Under the pieces are notes generated by a model. That model saw nothing but the letters and a program-made list of their open reading frames with translations, was not told the origin of the DNA and did not search any database. A stretch of 62,907 bases of DNA, the filler included, from Rhabdomonas costata (taxonomy: Eukaryota), in assembly GCA_019059605.1 (NCBI GenBank). It is 40 parts of 40 records of this genome, joined end to end, with 100 filler letters (N's around TTAATTAATTAA, not from the genome) between each part and the next. Parts side by side here need not be neighbours in the genome. Positions count along the whole stretch, not along the records: positions 34,699 to 36,172 come from JAHMHO010014994.1; positions 36,273 to 37,746 come from JAHMHO010014995.1; positions 37,847 to 39,320 come from JAHMHO010014996.1; positions 39,421 to 40,894 come from JAHMHO010014997.1; positions 40,995 to 42,468 come from JAHMHO010014998.1; positions 42,569 to 44,033 come from JAHMHO010014999.1; positions 44,134 to 45,608 come from JAHMHO010015000.1; positions 45,709 to 47,183 come from JAHMHO010015001.1; 32 more parts are not named here. The stretch is one strand, 5' to 3'. The position numbers and the translations under genes are program-made. The number at the start of each line of letters is the position of its first letter. Positions within the stretch are counted from its first letter, which is position 1. This document shows positions 35,937 to 50,588 of this stretch, one piece after another.

Positions 35937-36729
35937 GTGCGGGGACACTTTGTTTGCATCTTTCCCCGTCCCCTCCTCCCTCCATTTCACAACGGCGCGA
36001 GGCAATAGGCCGTTATAGAGCTGTGCGAGGACGATAATCGCCTCCAGGAACTCTGGTGACTCGGTGAATCCACACACAATTGCCTTTCTTGACCACGTGC
36101 ATTTGTCCCGTTTCCTTTCGTTGCTGTGAGGAAAGGCTAAAAAGAGAGAGTCGCGGTATTGCCACCCAACCCNNNNNNNNNNNNNNNNNNNNNNNNNNNN
36201 NNNNNNNNNNNNNNNNTTAATTAATTAANNNNNNNNNNNNNNNNNNNNNNNNNNNNNNNNNNNNNNNNNNNNGCGGTAAAAGGTGGGTCCAGCCCCATCA
36301 CCATCAATCACCAATGCTACGAAGAATTGGAAAAGGAGAAACGAGAAAGAAAAAATGTTTGCGTTTCTGCACGTAACGCAAAACGCTTACACCCTTTACG
36401 AAAACCCTTCTACTTTTGGGGAACTCATCCAACGAAAGATCAGACGATTCAATGCGCCACAGTTCATCATCGCAGCCCGTTCTCTACGGCGAGAGGAGGT
36501 GGGAAAAAAGCGTTGTTCCCAAGACCCACTCAACAAAATGCAGTGGCAATAATAAAAATTGCACCCTGGAAGACGATACGATGTGCGAGGTGGTCGTTGC
36601 CTGCATGTACTAATCACGCAGACATAGACTCGCAGGTGAGGGCGAGGAACATCCCTTGTCTTGGCACCCCGACACCGATAGGGCAATTACTTAACTTTTT
36701 TCACAGCCCATTCAACAGTACTCACATTG

Positions 36730-37330
36730 CAAAGCTGAACGCACTGCAGCCCCTCCAGCCATACACGTCTTACAACCTCATGCCCAAGGATGCGATGGAT
36801 CAGTTCCCTTGCGCTCTTCTGGTTGTGGATCTCTGGCGACAATTCTTGCCACCCTATGACAGTGCTATTTGAATGCCAAGGTGACCTTTCGAAGGTGGAG
36901 GCGTGAACGTCCGCGAGCAGAGGTAGGAAGAAGCACAGCCGGTCCACGGGGCGGTAGGTGCGCGTGGCGAAGGACAACAGCGCCAGCAGATGAGTGACCA
37001 GAACGTCCGCCGTCGCTTCCGCTGAGATAACCACCACACCAGTACCACATGAAGACCAGGCAAAAGAAGCAAAGTGTCGATGGTAAAAAATGGAGCAGTC
37101 GGAAAGGTGGAAGTAATTCGCCAGAGGTGAGGAAAAGGGACGAAGGATGAATCCCAATCCATCCCGGCGGGACTTCTTTCCCGAAAATCAATTACTGCTC
37201 TTGCAACTCCGCAACTGCCACAGTACGTGAAAAGGAAGGAAGAAAATGATACCTTCCGAGAGAATTCCCAGCGAAGCGAAGTGGTTGTCAAAGTCAGCGA
37301 TGGCCTTTCTCGGGGCACTTTCTGGAATAT
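36730..37330 (-). CDS. Hypothetical protein exons (~37330-37253 and 37021-~36730)
   Basis: Open frames with plausible AAG|GTATCA donor and TCTCAG| acceptor. No family recognised. Confidence 0.4.
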
Positions 37331-40300
37331 GTGATAAAAAGGTGCAGTGTGTCGGAGGTTTTTCTACACCAGGCTGCACTCTTCACTGAGAGTTTTTCAC
37401 CACAGCACGTCACGGGATGCCGCGAAGGACCAGCGGCATAATTACTGGCTGCAAAGATTTGTGTTCGAAATGTCATATACTATATTCTCAGTTACGGTGT
37501 GTCACAAGGCTTATTTAAATCGGGGGTGGGGCTCCCTTGTGTTGCTGCCCTGCATTACAGGTTCAGACACAGCTCCCGTTATTCAGCATCAAGTTGTCGA
37601 CCCCCATGTTCGACCCCCAAGAACGGCCCTTGAACAGGTGCCCCCGTGCGGTCCTCAGAGGGCGTGACCAAAGCAGGTCTTCCGCTTCCATAGCAGATCT
37701 CTGATTGAGATGACGATTGACAATCGCACCAAGAACACCAACAACANNNNNNNNNNNNNNNNNNNNNNNNNNNNNNNNNNNNNNNNNNNNTTAATTAATT
37801 AANNNNNNNNNNNNNNNNNNNNNNNNNNNNNNNNNNNNNNNNNNNNTCTGGGTTATAGATCAGATTTCGGAGGCGGATCAAAAGCCTTGAATACAGTAGA
37901 TAATCAATTTCATGACAATTTGAAATGGAAATCTGTGGAGAAGCACTACTACAAGGAGAAGCAATTTCTAATTGTCATGAAATTGATTATCTACTGTATT
38001 CAAGGCTTTTGATCCGCCTCTGAAATCTGATCTAAATCCGCATGTTGTCTGGGTTATAGATCAGATGTCGGAGGCGGATCAAAAGCCTTGAATACAGTAG
38101 ATAATCAATTTCATGACAATTTGAAATGGAAATCTGTGGAGAAGCACTACTACAAGGAGAAGCAATTTCTAATTCCCTAGAGACGCCACATGCCGCAAGC
38201 TTCAAGTCTGATTAATTTCGGCGCAAGATGCTTTGAAACACAGGTAGCGGTTCCGAAGTTGTGATTGCACTCCAAATCACTTCACTTGGCAATACGCCTA
38301 TATGTGTAGGAATTTACGACAGACTCCAGATCTGTAGAGAATCTATTCTGTGCTTTGTAGTTCCGTAAGTCTTCTGCGTATTGACAGGCCATATGTTACT
38401 CCAATTTGCTCCAATCACATAAATCTGTGACTTTATAGACAACAATTCTGAGAACTATTCACTCTCAACGTCCGCTCTGATAAAGGAGGCCAAACGTTTC
38501 ACAGTGTGGCATAGAATGCTTTTATCTTAACCCAACTTTACCTGTGAAAAAATTAGGGCATGGGCTAAAGTGGCTGTGATCAGTACTTGCCAAATGTGGA
38601 TGCCACATCAAACTGATACAGTGGAGCAATTGCTTTCAGTTTTTTCTTGCTCAGATATTCAACAATTGATCACACAATAGACTGCAAGTTTTGCATTGAC
38701 ATCGGAGTGTCCAATTTGGGTGATTGGTAAAACAAAGCTTCCAGTATTGACGACATCGACACGTAGGAAATACTGCACATGTGTACGATGACATCTCTGT
38801 ATCGGAAGGTGTTTGCTCGGATTATACATAGGCTTGCACTGTTTTTATACTAATAATACAAATGCTAATAATACAAATACTACTTCTAATAATACAAATA
38901 AGCTTGGATTAGTTTTCGGCAGGTAGATGGCATTGAATTAGATTTTTTTCAATTTGAGGAAATCTGAAATCAGTTGATACTGGATATTTGCAGCTGGTTA
39001 AGGCAACATTGTAGAAAAGCAATACAGGGTCCTTCTCAAACAATGTACGTCTAAATTTGTAGCATGTAGCATGTTACCCTCAGGATGTTTATTGCATTGG
39101 CACTCCGCGCACTTCCAACCAAAGACATCACTCAGTATGCCATCTGCGCACTAATCCGCATACATCATGTAGAAAGGTAATCAGTGGTTTATTTCACTGT
39201 TTTATCCAGTGCTACTGTCAGTGGACTCCATTAGAGATTCTGGAGATTCATGGAGGGTTATTTGCAAGAAATTATTCCGGTTCTAGTAGAAACCGGATGT
39301 GTCGATGATCCACAACCAACNNNNNNNNNNNNNNNNNNNNNNNNNNNNNNNNNNNNNNNNNNNNTTAATTAATTAANNNNNNNNNNNNNNNNNNNNNNNN
39401 NNNNNNNNNNNNNNNNNNNNGGGGGGGGGGGGGGGTTGGCAAGGTTCACGCAATAAGTAATTCTGCCTGCTCTTGGACTTCCTTTAGAATGACCTGGAAA
39501 GTAGTGCTGAAGGTTGTCGGAGCGCAAAGAAAACACACACAGTCGGATGTGAATAGATGTATCTAAAGATGGAAAGGCGTGCCTGTGAATAGTGTGCATG
39601 TTGACAGAACCTCCAAGACGTCGTCATCGCAGCGCTTGCTTGCACGCCCACCTCCGTCGGAGATTATATGGTCGTCGCGGGTTCAATGTGCTTTTACATG
39701 TGTGGAACAATTCGCCGTGGGTATTAAAGAGGACGGTTACCATTGCGAACATCCTTGTGTGGAACAGAAGGATACCATTTTTCAGCCCAAGGGCACACCG
39801 GGTTGGTCAAGGTTCAAAGGAAGCTACCCTATCACTGAGACAATCCAGGGTTGCAAAATGGGCCCCTGGGTTGGTCATCAGCCATGTCCTGTGCAAGCGC
39901 ACTCAGGCGTACCGCTGTCTTCAGTACATCAGCAACTTCATATTGATGTTGTTAGCATTGGTCATTTGAAGCATCGGGCTCTGGTATTGGTTCAGAGCGT
40001 CCAGTTCTAGTTACCATTTATTCTTCTTCTCTCAGCTGGAGTTGGGGTGGCAGCCAGAACTTCCCCTGACTGCTCCATAAATATCGGCCTAATTGTCCCC
40101 CCAGATGCTGAAGTTGGAACATTTGGCTTTCTCTTCCTTTCTCTCCCTCTCTCTTTGTGTGTGTGTCGACCAAGCGTGAGTTTTGCTGTGGATTCTGGTG
40201 TGTCTGTGCGGGCTGAGATTCGGACAGTAGTTGGCCATGTTTTTGTCGACTTTTGTGCGCAACGTAGTGCAAAATGTATGGTGGCAAATCACTGCTGGTG

Positions 40301-40994
40301 TTTGCTTCAAAATGCGTCTTCCCCTGAAGCTGTTGGGTGAGTTTGGGCAACGGAAGGAGGTCGTCTTCATTGGTTTGCGGTGCTGTGGTACCGTTCTAAT
40401 GATTTCCATCTTCTCTCTATACTTTTATAAAGCAAGTCACATGGTAACGTGAGAACTAATTTGGCGGTAGGACGGGCAACGCCCAAAAATCAGTGGTTGA
40501 AAAGTCGCGTAGAAAATCATCGGAATTTGCTTCGCAATTTTCTTCTGCTTTTGGGATATTATCTATTTTGCTTGATTTCTGGCAACGGGTGTTTCACCAA
40601 AGAGTGTGCGTTGATATTTGGTATTGTTCATGATCTTGCAAGAAAAAAGGCATCGGCCTTGCGATGCGCCTGGTTTCTGCCCATCCTTCTTTGTGAACAG
40701 ACTCCACCTCTGGGGTATTTGTTATTCTGCGGTATTTTCCGAGCCCCCAGCTTTTCGGGGTTAAGCCAGCGCAGAAAAGACGCAAACAGTGTTCTGGACG
40801 GTTTAGTGCTCTCTGTTACTGGTGTCATTTCAGTTTCGCCTTTCTGCGCTGGCTTAACCCCGAAAAGCTGGGGGCTCGGAAAATACCCCAAAACNNNNNN
40901 NNNNNNNNNNNNNNNNNNNNNNNNNNNNNNNNNNNNNNTTAATTAATTAANNNNNNNNNNNNNNNNNNNNNNNNNNNNNNNNNNNNNNNNNNNN

Positions 40995-41610
40995 CAGGGA
41001 GTCGTCCACAAAGGGGTGCGGGCGCAATCTCAGGAATGCGTGTGCGTGGGTCTGGTTAGGCGTCCATCGTGTGTGGGGTGGGTAGGTGAAGGTATGGTGA
41101 ATAACGAGATGAATGTGACGTTAGAAGTGGAACGCCGTATCACAGAGCAATGAGTAAAAGTGAAAAGGCTAACGTTCCTTCCTTCTATACGGTGCCTTGT
41201 TAGTTTGCTCATTGATGCAGGCTCTAGTACCGCCCCCTTTGCCCTCGGATCCAACAGTCTTTCATTCGGGCGGATTGCCCGGTTCACCGCCGCCTCAACA
41301 CGTTCGGTCACGGGGACCCTCCATGCCGCATCGAGCACAGCACACAGCAGGAGGACACCACTGCACCCACCTCCCAGCACACTAAATTTCGCCACGAGGG
41401 TGCATATCAAGGCGCAGTCTTGCCCGAGGAGTCCTGAAACAGGGAGTCGTCCACAAAGGGGTGCGGGCGCAATCGCAGGAATGCGTGTGCGTGGGTCTGG
41501 TTAGGCGTCCATCGTGTGTGGGGTGGGTAGGTGAAGGTATGGTGAAAAACGAAAGGAATGTGACGTGAGAAGAGAAACGCCGTATCAAAAAAACAATGAA
41601 TGAAGAGCAC
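40995..41610. repeat. Diverged ~165-bp direct repeat (40995-41160 and ~41440-41605)
   Basis: CAGGGAGTCGTCCACAAAGGGGTGCGGGCGCAATC... occurs twice. The copies are near-identical for ~105 nt, then gapped and diverged. Confidence 0.85.
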
Positions 41611-42689
41611 CACAGGAAAGTCGTATGGGAAGAGCAGCATAGTGGCACGCAGGGGTTTCATCGTGGAAGCCGAGCAGAGGGCAAAGAGCAAAGCTGTGGG
41701 GGTGCCCTGAAGCACTTCGCTTCCTTCCCTTCTGTGGCAGTGCTGCTGGTGCATGCTGGCGAACGCCAAAGCATAGGGTTAGAGACGGGAAGCGCTCTGG
41801 AATGGTTGCTTGACGGGTGTCGGCGCATTTGGGGCGGTGTGATGCAACGAGAGAGGGACCCATAAGAGAGCGAAGTGAGAGGCAGGCTTGGTGGGCTTGA
41901 CAGAAGAGTGCCTTTTGGATGGCCTCTGCATTGCGGCAACAGCGGGAGTGGAATTAGTAATGGCCTTCCGTGCAAAGTTGCGGGGCACAGTGAAAACAGC
42001 TGAGGCTACTGTAAGCTTGTGGGTAGAACAAAATGGATTGGTGCAAACAGTAGACACTTGCGAAACTTCAGCGGCTGTGAAAAAGAGAATCTTTGCACAA
42101 AATCTTATGGGGCGCACTTGGCTGTGGATTCAAAACGCCTTACTTTGAGGATCAGCCCCCCAAACGCATTCCAATGTTCCCCAACAGAAACCTCTGCTGA
42201 AAGGCGGTACAATGCAGTGGTGTGGCCGTACTTCAAGCTTAGCATCGTCGAGACATAAACTCTAACTTACGACTCGAGCAAAATGAGGGGTCTTTCAACC
42301 GATGCAAGCGCTTGATGACGATATAATAAAAGCACATTAGCACGGCATAGGTTCACTTGACAGGCCAAGAGGGGTAGCAACGAAACGCACCAAGGATCAG
42401 TGCAGGCAACCGTCTCTGACACAGGAAAGGAGGGAAATGAGTGGATCAGCATCCTCAAGGAGGTTCCTNNNNNNNNNNNNNNNNNNNNNNNNNNNNNNNN
42501 NNNNNNNNNNNNTTAATTAATTAANNNNNNNNNNNNNNNNNNNNNNNNNNNNNNNNNNNNNNNNNNNNAGTGGGACAGCCCAGAAGGGTGTGCAACTGAA
42601 GGGACCAGGTGGACCCTTATTTTGTGTAGTTCTTAAGTGTGGACCGGGACAGAAACCACCGCTCTTCACTGTTGCTGACATGTGCAGGT

Positions 42690-42960
42690 TGTTTCGCTGA
42701 AGAAGTCCCCATTTTTCTTGTCTTCGCGCGCGCTTGCGACTGTGGACGCACGCTTCAGAAAAACTTCGCACAACAGATCAGAGTCCACGGGCGGGGCCTA
42801 GAGGAGTCCAGAAACAGAGCATAAATTACGCTTCCGCTGTCGGTACGAACGTCCCTCCGCCCGAGTCGGGCGGACGTGCCCCGCCCAACGCCACTGCTTA
42901 GACGTTAGGATCGCAGCCAGCGCTGCCTCCCCAAACCCTGGCTCTACAGCAGCAATTTTG
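42690..42960 (-). mobile_element. Probable RTE-like non-LTR retrotransposon 3' end remnant
   Basis: ILTSKQWRWAGHVR (cf. the RTE ORF2 tail 'IxxxKxRWAGHVxR'), later FWTPLG and ARRQEKW (cf. 'AxDRxxW'). Frameshifted. Confidence 0.5.
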
Positions 42961-44854
42961 GCTTTCAGCATCGGTTTTTTTGTGTGGTGATTCTGTACGA
43001 GTCGCAGGGTTGCAATGCAGCGCCCCAATGAGCAACAGGTGAAACGGATGTTTCAAACAGGGGTGAAGATGACTGCCACTGCAGTGGAGCAGCGACGCAT
43101 GGTTTCTTCTTTTCTCATCCTCCTCCTTTCTATTGTCACTTCTGCAGGTCTTATTTCAGTCCTCTCTCCCCCGCATTACTAACGCTGTGAAGTTTTTGTG
43201 GGTTTTTCTTTTTCATTTGATTTTTTGTTGGAATGTCCCTCACGGAGATATGCACCTTGTCAGGTGTGAGCGCACCCTCAGTATTGAAACTCTCCTGTAA
43301 CCACTACCCCCTCTTTTTAACTTCAATCACAACGGGAGGGCCAGCGGCAAAAAGGCAACACATCCCGCAAATGGGGCTGGGTTTGTTAGCAGCCCCCCCC
43401 CCCTTTCTGTTTTGCTGTGTTCCGAAATTTTTCTTAAGGAATTCATCGCACCAGCCAAACTGACCGATCAAAGCAAAACTTTTGTAACAAAATTTCTATG
43501 TCATCTAATAGCATCGGTATAAGAAATTTTCATGGAAAACTTACCGCATTATAGCATTTCGGGAGGCCTGCTGAAAATGCTACAGAATTATAGCACTGCA
43601 AATAAATGTGCTTCCCGGACACGTGCACCTTCTCATTACCCTCTGCGAGACCAAATAAACTCACTTGGGGTCTCTTCGGAGACTGCAATGCACTCGCTGG
43701 CACTAGCACTAGCAGTAGCACCTGGGACTTTGGTCCGCGGAGCGCAGCGGAGCACTCCGGACCGACAAAAATTAACTCCGCCCAACAGTTCACAGCGTTG
43801 CCGCAAATTATTGCGTCGCTGTCAAAGTTTTAAAATTTTTGTGCATAAGTAAAAGAAGTTTAAAAAGAATTTTTGGACTGAAAAATTCTTATATCACCGC
43901 TACATGGTTTTTAGTGTCACCATAAAGGTGGGGCTGTTAACAACTGTTGTGGCCCAGTGACGTGTAAAAAAATTAGCAAACTCCTCCCTCTAACCGCAAT
44001 TTTCAACAGCATCGCTTTTTTCAACAGCACCAGNNNNNNNNNNNNNNNNNNNNNNNNNNNNNNNNNNNNNNNNNNNNTTAATTAATTAANNNNNNNNNNN
44101 NNNNNNNNNNNNNNNNNNNNNNNNNNNNNNNNNCCGTAGTGGAAGGAGGTTACACCAGTAGTTCACCTGGTCGCAGTGGTGGTGGCTGCGGCAGCAGCAG
44201 CACTTCTGTGCTGACAACGGCGGCGTTCCGGTGCGAGTTTGATCCCCTGGAGCCCAGCCTAAGCGTGTTCCACAGTTCTGGGGGGCAGCGCTGCTTCCGC
44301 CGCCTTTGGGCAGGGGTCAGCCCTCTCCTCCCTTTAGCAAATAATTATTCTATCTCTCACACAAACATCCGCTTGCTGGTTGCTGGATGTGAAACTTTTG
44401 GCAGTTAGCCGGTTTTCCACGGCGTCGTTCGCTCCGCAGGTACCTCTCATAAGCACCTGGTCAACTGGTCAACCGCGTGCGCCTGTCAGTCCACAGTGGT
44501 CGCCAACAGTCAACCAGGCAACAGCCAGCGCGCAATGCGCCCAACACACATCCACAGATCTGTTCTGAGCGCATAGCGCGCTAGCTAAGGTGGAGCTGAT
44601 ATATCTATATGGAGATAATGTATCTTGGTCTTCTGATGATCCCGTGGCTTCTGTATTGGTGGGAGAGCTGCGTTACATACCAGAAGTCGGCCGGTGCCAT
44701 TCGAATGCATGCTGACTGCCATAGAATGCTCACCTCAACAGCCATCCATCAGTTACATTGCTGCTTTTGCATCCGTGTTTACACAGCCCTTGCACAGTCC
44801 GCAAAAGTGCAGCCTTTTCCATCGCTTGATGACCCACACCTGACTCCCCCTCAG

Positions 44855-44958
44855 GGAGGACGCCTGGAATACATCTCCGTGGAGGGCGCGATGTGCTTCG
44901 CGATTGTCCGCAGCACCACACAGCCCACGGAGCTGCTTGCGGTGGACCTGAACTCAGG
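44855..44958 (+). CDS. Probable exon, possibly the beta-propeller/linker of an S9 peptidase
   Basis: CCCCTCAG|...EYISVEGAMCFAIVRSTTQPTELLAVDLNS|GTTAGT, with an 'SxxxPxEL' motif. Confidence 0.35.
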
Positions 44959-46096
44959 TTAGTGTGGAATACGGTCAGACCGTCGAAAGCATGAAGGAGG
45001 ATGCCTTCTTTGGGGGGGGGATACCCTGTGAGCTGCTCTTGTGTTCAGGGCTGTGACATTGCAAGGGCAATATATATTGTTCATTGTATTGGGCAAGATA
45101 CCTCAAGTGCCGAACCCTAGAAAGCCCTTTTTGTGTGATGATTCGACTTCACTTGGGAGCAAACAGAAGCTTCCGTAGGAAACCACTGTTAGCGGTTACC
45201 CATGTCCCACGCCCCTCTTCCCTCTCGGCGCACAGTCCCACTTTCATTCTCGTGCTTTTGTGGTGCACCACACTCCGCATTTGTGCTCGCACCACTTACA
45301 TATATGTTTTTGGCATCCTACCGAACGGTTAGCACTGCTGCCCAAGAGTCGGAAGTGTCGTTCCTGACAACGTTTCCTTGGGTATGGAGCTAACTGGGGT
45401 TTCGTGAGAAACTTCTTTTCCGGGTGGTGCGCAGATGCCAGGAGAATCGGGATGGCAATTCACACCAACCCCCGATTGCTCCACGCGGTCGCCTGTGCAT
45501 TTGGGTTGGCACCGAATACCTCTTCTGTGTGACAGCTTGTCTCTTGTCCTGCGTTGCTCTTAGGGGAGGCTTCCTCCTTTGAACTGCCCCGCAGCTACAC
45601 CCCCACCCNNNNNNNNNNNNNNNNNNNNNNNNNNNNNNNNNNNNNNNNNNNNTTAATTAATTAANNNNNNNNNNNNNNNNNNNNNNNNNNNNNNNNNNNN
45701 NNNNNNNNGGTGGATGAAGGGCAAAGGCGCACTTTTTTTTGGGGAGGGGGGTGAGTGCGGCAAGTTGCAAATGTGCCTGGTGCAGGAATATCCGCTTGAT
45801 CATGGCGCTGAGAATTGTGTGAGTTTGGTGGTCTTCAGGCGGCCATCGGGCCATTTGCCTGGCCCACGTTCGGCATGGGGTGAGGGATGGATGGTTCTTT
45901 AGCAAATACGTTGTGGGTGCTAACCTAAACCCTCCGCTGCCACAACCAGCCGAGAAGGGGAACAGGAGGGAAGAAGCGAGTGAGAACAAGCGAGGGAAAA
46001 AGAGAAGGAAAGGTGCCACACAAACTGGGTAACACTGGGAGGGCTGAGACAGGAGCGATGGAGGATTCGGGGTAATTTCTTCGCACAGAATCTCAC

Positions 46097-47182
<1,086 letters not shown>

Positions 47183-50100
47183 ANNNNNNNNNNNNNNNNN
47201 NNNNNNNNNNNNNNNNNNNNNNNNNNNTTAATTAATTAANNNNNNNNNNNNNNNNNNNNNNNNNNNNNNNNNNNNNNNNNNNNGGGTTGTGTTAAGATTT
47301 CGGGTCCAACGGGGGGGGGGTAACAGTTACCAATGGTGACAGATGGGAATTAACACTGAATTAACTATAAAAACATGCAAGGTTCTTGAAATGACTTCGT
47401 GTGTGGGGGTTTGCTTAACTTTGCCAGTGCCTCCTTGATGACTGATTTTGCTCAACAGGTGAAAACTACTGCAGGCTATGGACTCGCTAATGGCTGGGAT
47501 ATGGAGGACAGAATTAGTGGGGCGAGGGCCAGCGGCGCGGCGGCCGGAGCGGACGCTGCGGCGGGGACGGGACCTGGGGGGTTGTTTGACTGACTTTTTG
47601 AATTCTGCTCCCATTGTAAAAAGTGTTCCCTCTGGTAACGGTTACCAGTGATAAGTACAACCCGTAACCGTTATCCCCCCCCACCTTCCATTGCACCAAG
47701 TTTCGTCAAAAAAAAAAGGCTGTAAAATTTGCAAACACCATGCATGCATGCATGCATCACAACGGCTTTCCATCTTCCTCAGGCCTACCTGGAGTGCAAG
47801 TTGCCGCTTTAGTTTTGAAACTGTATTGTGGTTTGTGGTGTTTCCGATATCGCAACCTGTGGTTTGGCCGGGAACTTTTTCCGACTGCTAAATTCTCCGT
47901 TTCACGGTTTCACGGGCTTGGGATGTTTTGAACGTTTTGAACTGAGGCTACCATGTTACCTTGCTGCTATCCAGCCATATGCTGAATTTAAACGGCCGCG
48001 AAAATTGGTGAGTGTCGTTTTTCGAAGCTGTGGGAGGTCTGGGGGAAGTGCAGTTGAAAAGGTTTTTCCTATGGGGCTTCTTTTTTAATGCAGGGGTACG
48101 TACAATGCTGATGACGTGCTGACGGACTTGGACATGGGCGTAGAAGACTTTATGACAGGAAAGGTACCTCGGAGATTTTTGTCATGCACCATCATTTTGT
48201 GGTCCACCGTGCATGGTTTTCTTTTGCGTCCATCTCCTGCATTTTGTATGCTTCGGCCTGAGCCGCCTTCCAAACTGGTTACCCTGTGACAACCGCTTCA
48301 CTCACCCAGGAGGCCGCTTCCCATGGGAAAGGTGAATCGAAACCAGCAAAACCCAAAAGCGCTGATGAAGACCCGAAAATGATCGAAGGACTTCCGGGGC
48401 AGTTACAAGCCAAGCGTTCCAGCCCACTTCCGGTGCCAGCATGAAGTGGTCCTGGGGCCTGGAAGTCAGTTTGCACACGCAGCCAGCTCACCAAGAACTA
48501 AGCCTGGGTACACCCCGAAATGGAGAATCGTAACGTTTCGAAAGTGAAGTCTTTTTGGCGTGTTTTTATGCCGCTGGGCTTGGGTAGCATATGCTGTGTC
48601 TTGGTGAATACGCAAGATTGTAAAGCTCTCGATTTACGGTGTAGCCTGCTGTAGTAAAATGTAACGTTTGGGTCGGAAGGGTTTAAAAGTTACATTTTAC
48701 TACAGCAGGCTACACCGTAAATCGAGAGCTTTACAATCTTGCGTATTCACCCACACANNNNNNNNNNNNNNNNNNNNNNNNNNNNNNNNNNNNNNNNNNN
48801 NTTAATTAATTAANNNNNNNNNNNNNNNNNNNNNNNNNNNNNNNNNNNNNNNNNNNNCAAGTTGGTCGGGGAGTTTGACGAATTAAGACGAGTTGCGGAG
48901 CGAAGGTGGTTAAGTCCCCTTCGGAGGAGTTTGATAAGCGACCGAGAGGGTGCGACGGAGTTGCAGGTTGCGACCGAGAGTCGTCGACCAAGAGTCCACA
49001 GGCTTGGGCAGCTTCGGGGGGTGGTTGCGGCCAGGCTCTACACGGCCCTCGGCGAAAGCAAGGCCAACCCTGGGGGAAGAAAGTCTCCTAACCTATGTGA
49101 GTTGACCGCGCTCACAAAGCAAAAGATTTGTCGTGAGGGACCACGGAGTGGAGCGGATCGAGTGGGGTACTCTGGGAAGTGGCAAGAGCCACGTAATTGG
49201 TCGGATCCCGCCGTGCCGTCTGACACGTGGTAGCAGAGGATTGTTTCCTTCACCAGTGCGGGGGAACGCAGCGAGGTAGCACTTCGTGACAGGTTGAAGC
49301 AGAGGGTTGATAAAGTTCCATAGCGCAACACATGACACGTGGTAGCAAAAAAACAACAACTTTTCCGGTGATAACCGCCAATCGAAGTCTGGGAATCGGG
49401 CGGCGGGCTTTTTTTTTATGTAGAACGGAAGAAACGCCTGGTGGCAGAGGATTTTCATTTGCTTTGCTGAAAAACCGATGAAGTTTTCGGCGATCCCCGG
49501 ACGATCCAATTTGCACGAAGCATTAAGTGCGAAGGAAAAGTAGGGAAATTTTTGGGGCAACGCTCCGACGTCACGGCTATTGCCAGATGGAAGCGGGGAC
49601 CAGCGGGAAAGGAAACAGGAAACAGCAAACCCAAAATTCGAAAACGGGAAACCGGAGCGGTTTTTACAAAGGAAAACGCGGAGACAAAGGGGGGGGGGCC
49701 CTTCCGCTGCTCGGCCGTTTAAGCGGCACAGCGTGCCGCTGAAATTGGTTGCTCGGGTCTAAACGTTCGCAGACAATTTTCCGCAGGCGGTGGCTACGGT
49801 CGGGAAGGAAATCAGTTTTGTTTGGCGCCGCCCTCTTTGTATGACGCTGGGTGAGGGCACACCTGACGAGGAAGACCACGCCGGGGGGTAAAATGATACG
49901 CAAATGGGTCCAACGGCAATTTCTGGTTGGGGAGTGGTTGCCACCATTTGTGGGCCACAATCTGTGCCCAGAGTACCGAAAAGAAAAACTCGCGAGCCAA
50001 CGTAGTTCCGGTGTTCTCTTGTACGGAGAAGGGTCAACACTCCAAGAATTCCTGTCGACACATGAGGCATATCAAGAGGCTACCGCAATTTCCCAAGCAC

Positions 50101-50588
50101 CATGTGTATGCACTGAAGCAGAACTACTTCCAACACGCAAGCTTCCTTGGTGAGGAAAGGTGAGGAAAGGGAGGGTAACCATGAAGATATCAGATTCACT
50201 GTACACTTCACAACAAAGATCACCAAGATAGAGACGAAAGAGACAATGAAAGAAAGGAAAGAGAGACCGAGAGCCAGCCAGAGAGAGAGAATCCCTGTAC
50301 TTCACAAATGGCGACAAAAAGGAGGTTATCANNNNNNNNNNNNNNNNNNNNNNNNNNNNNNNNNNNNNNNNNNNNTTAATTAATTAANNNNNNNNNNNNN
50401 NNNNNNNNNNNNNNNNNNNNNNNNNNNNNNNGGGTGGTGTGAGTGCTCTTGTTGGAACTTTCTCCTGGTAAATGGTTTGGGGTTGGTACCTATTTAGAGG
50501 ACTGAGGTTTTGAGTGCTGTCCCAGAGATATTCGTGCCTGTCATTTGCTCCCCCTTTGTTCACCTGTCTGGATTTAATCCATTCTCAG

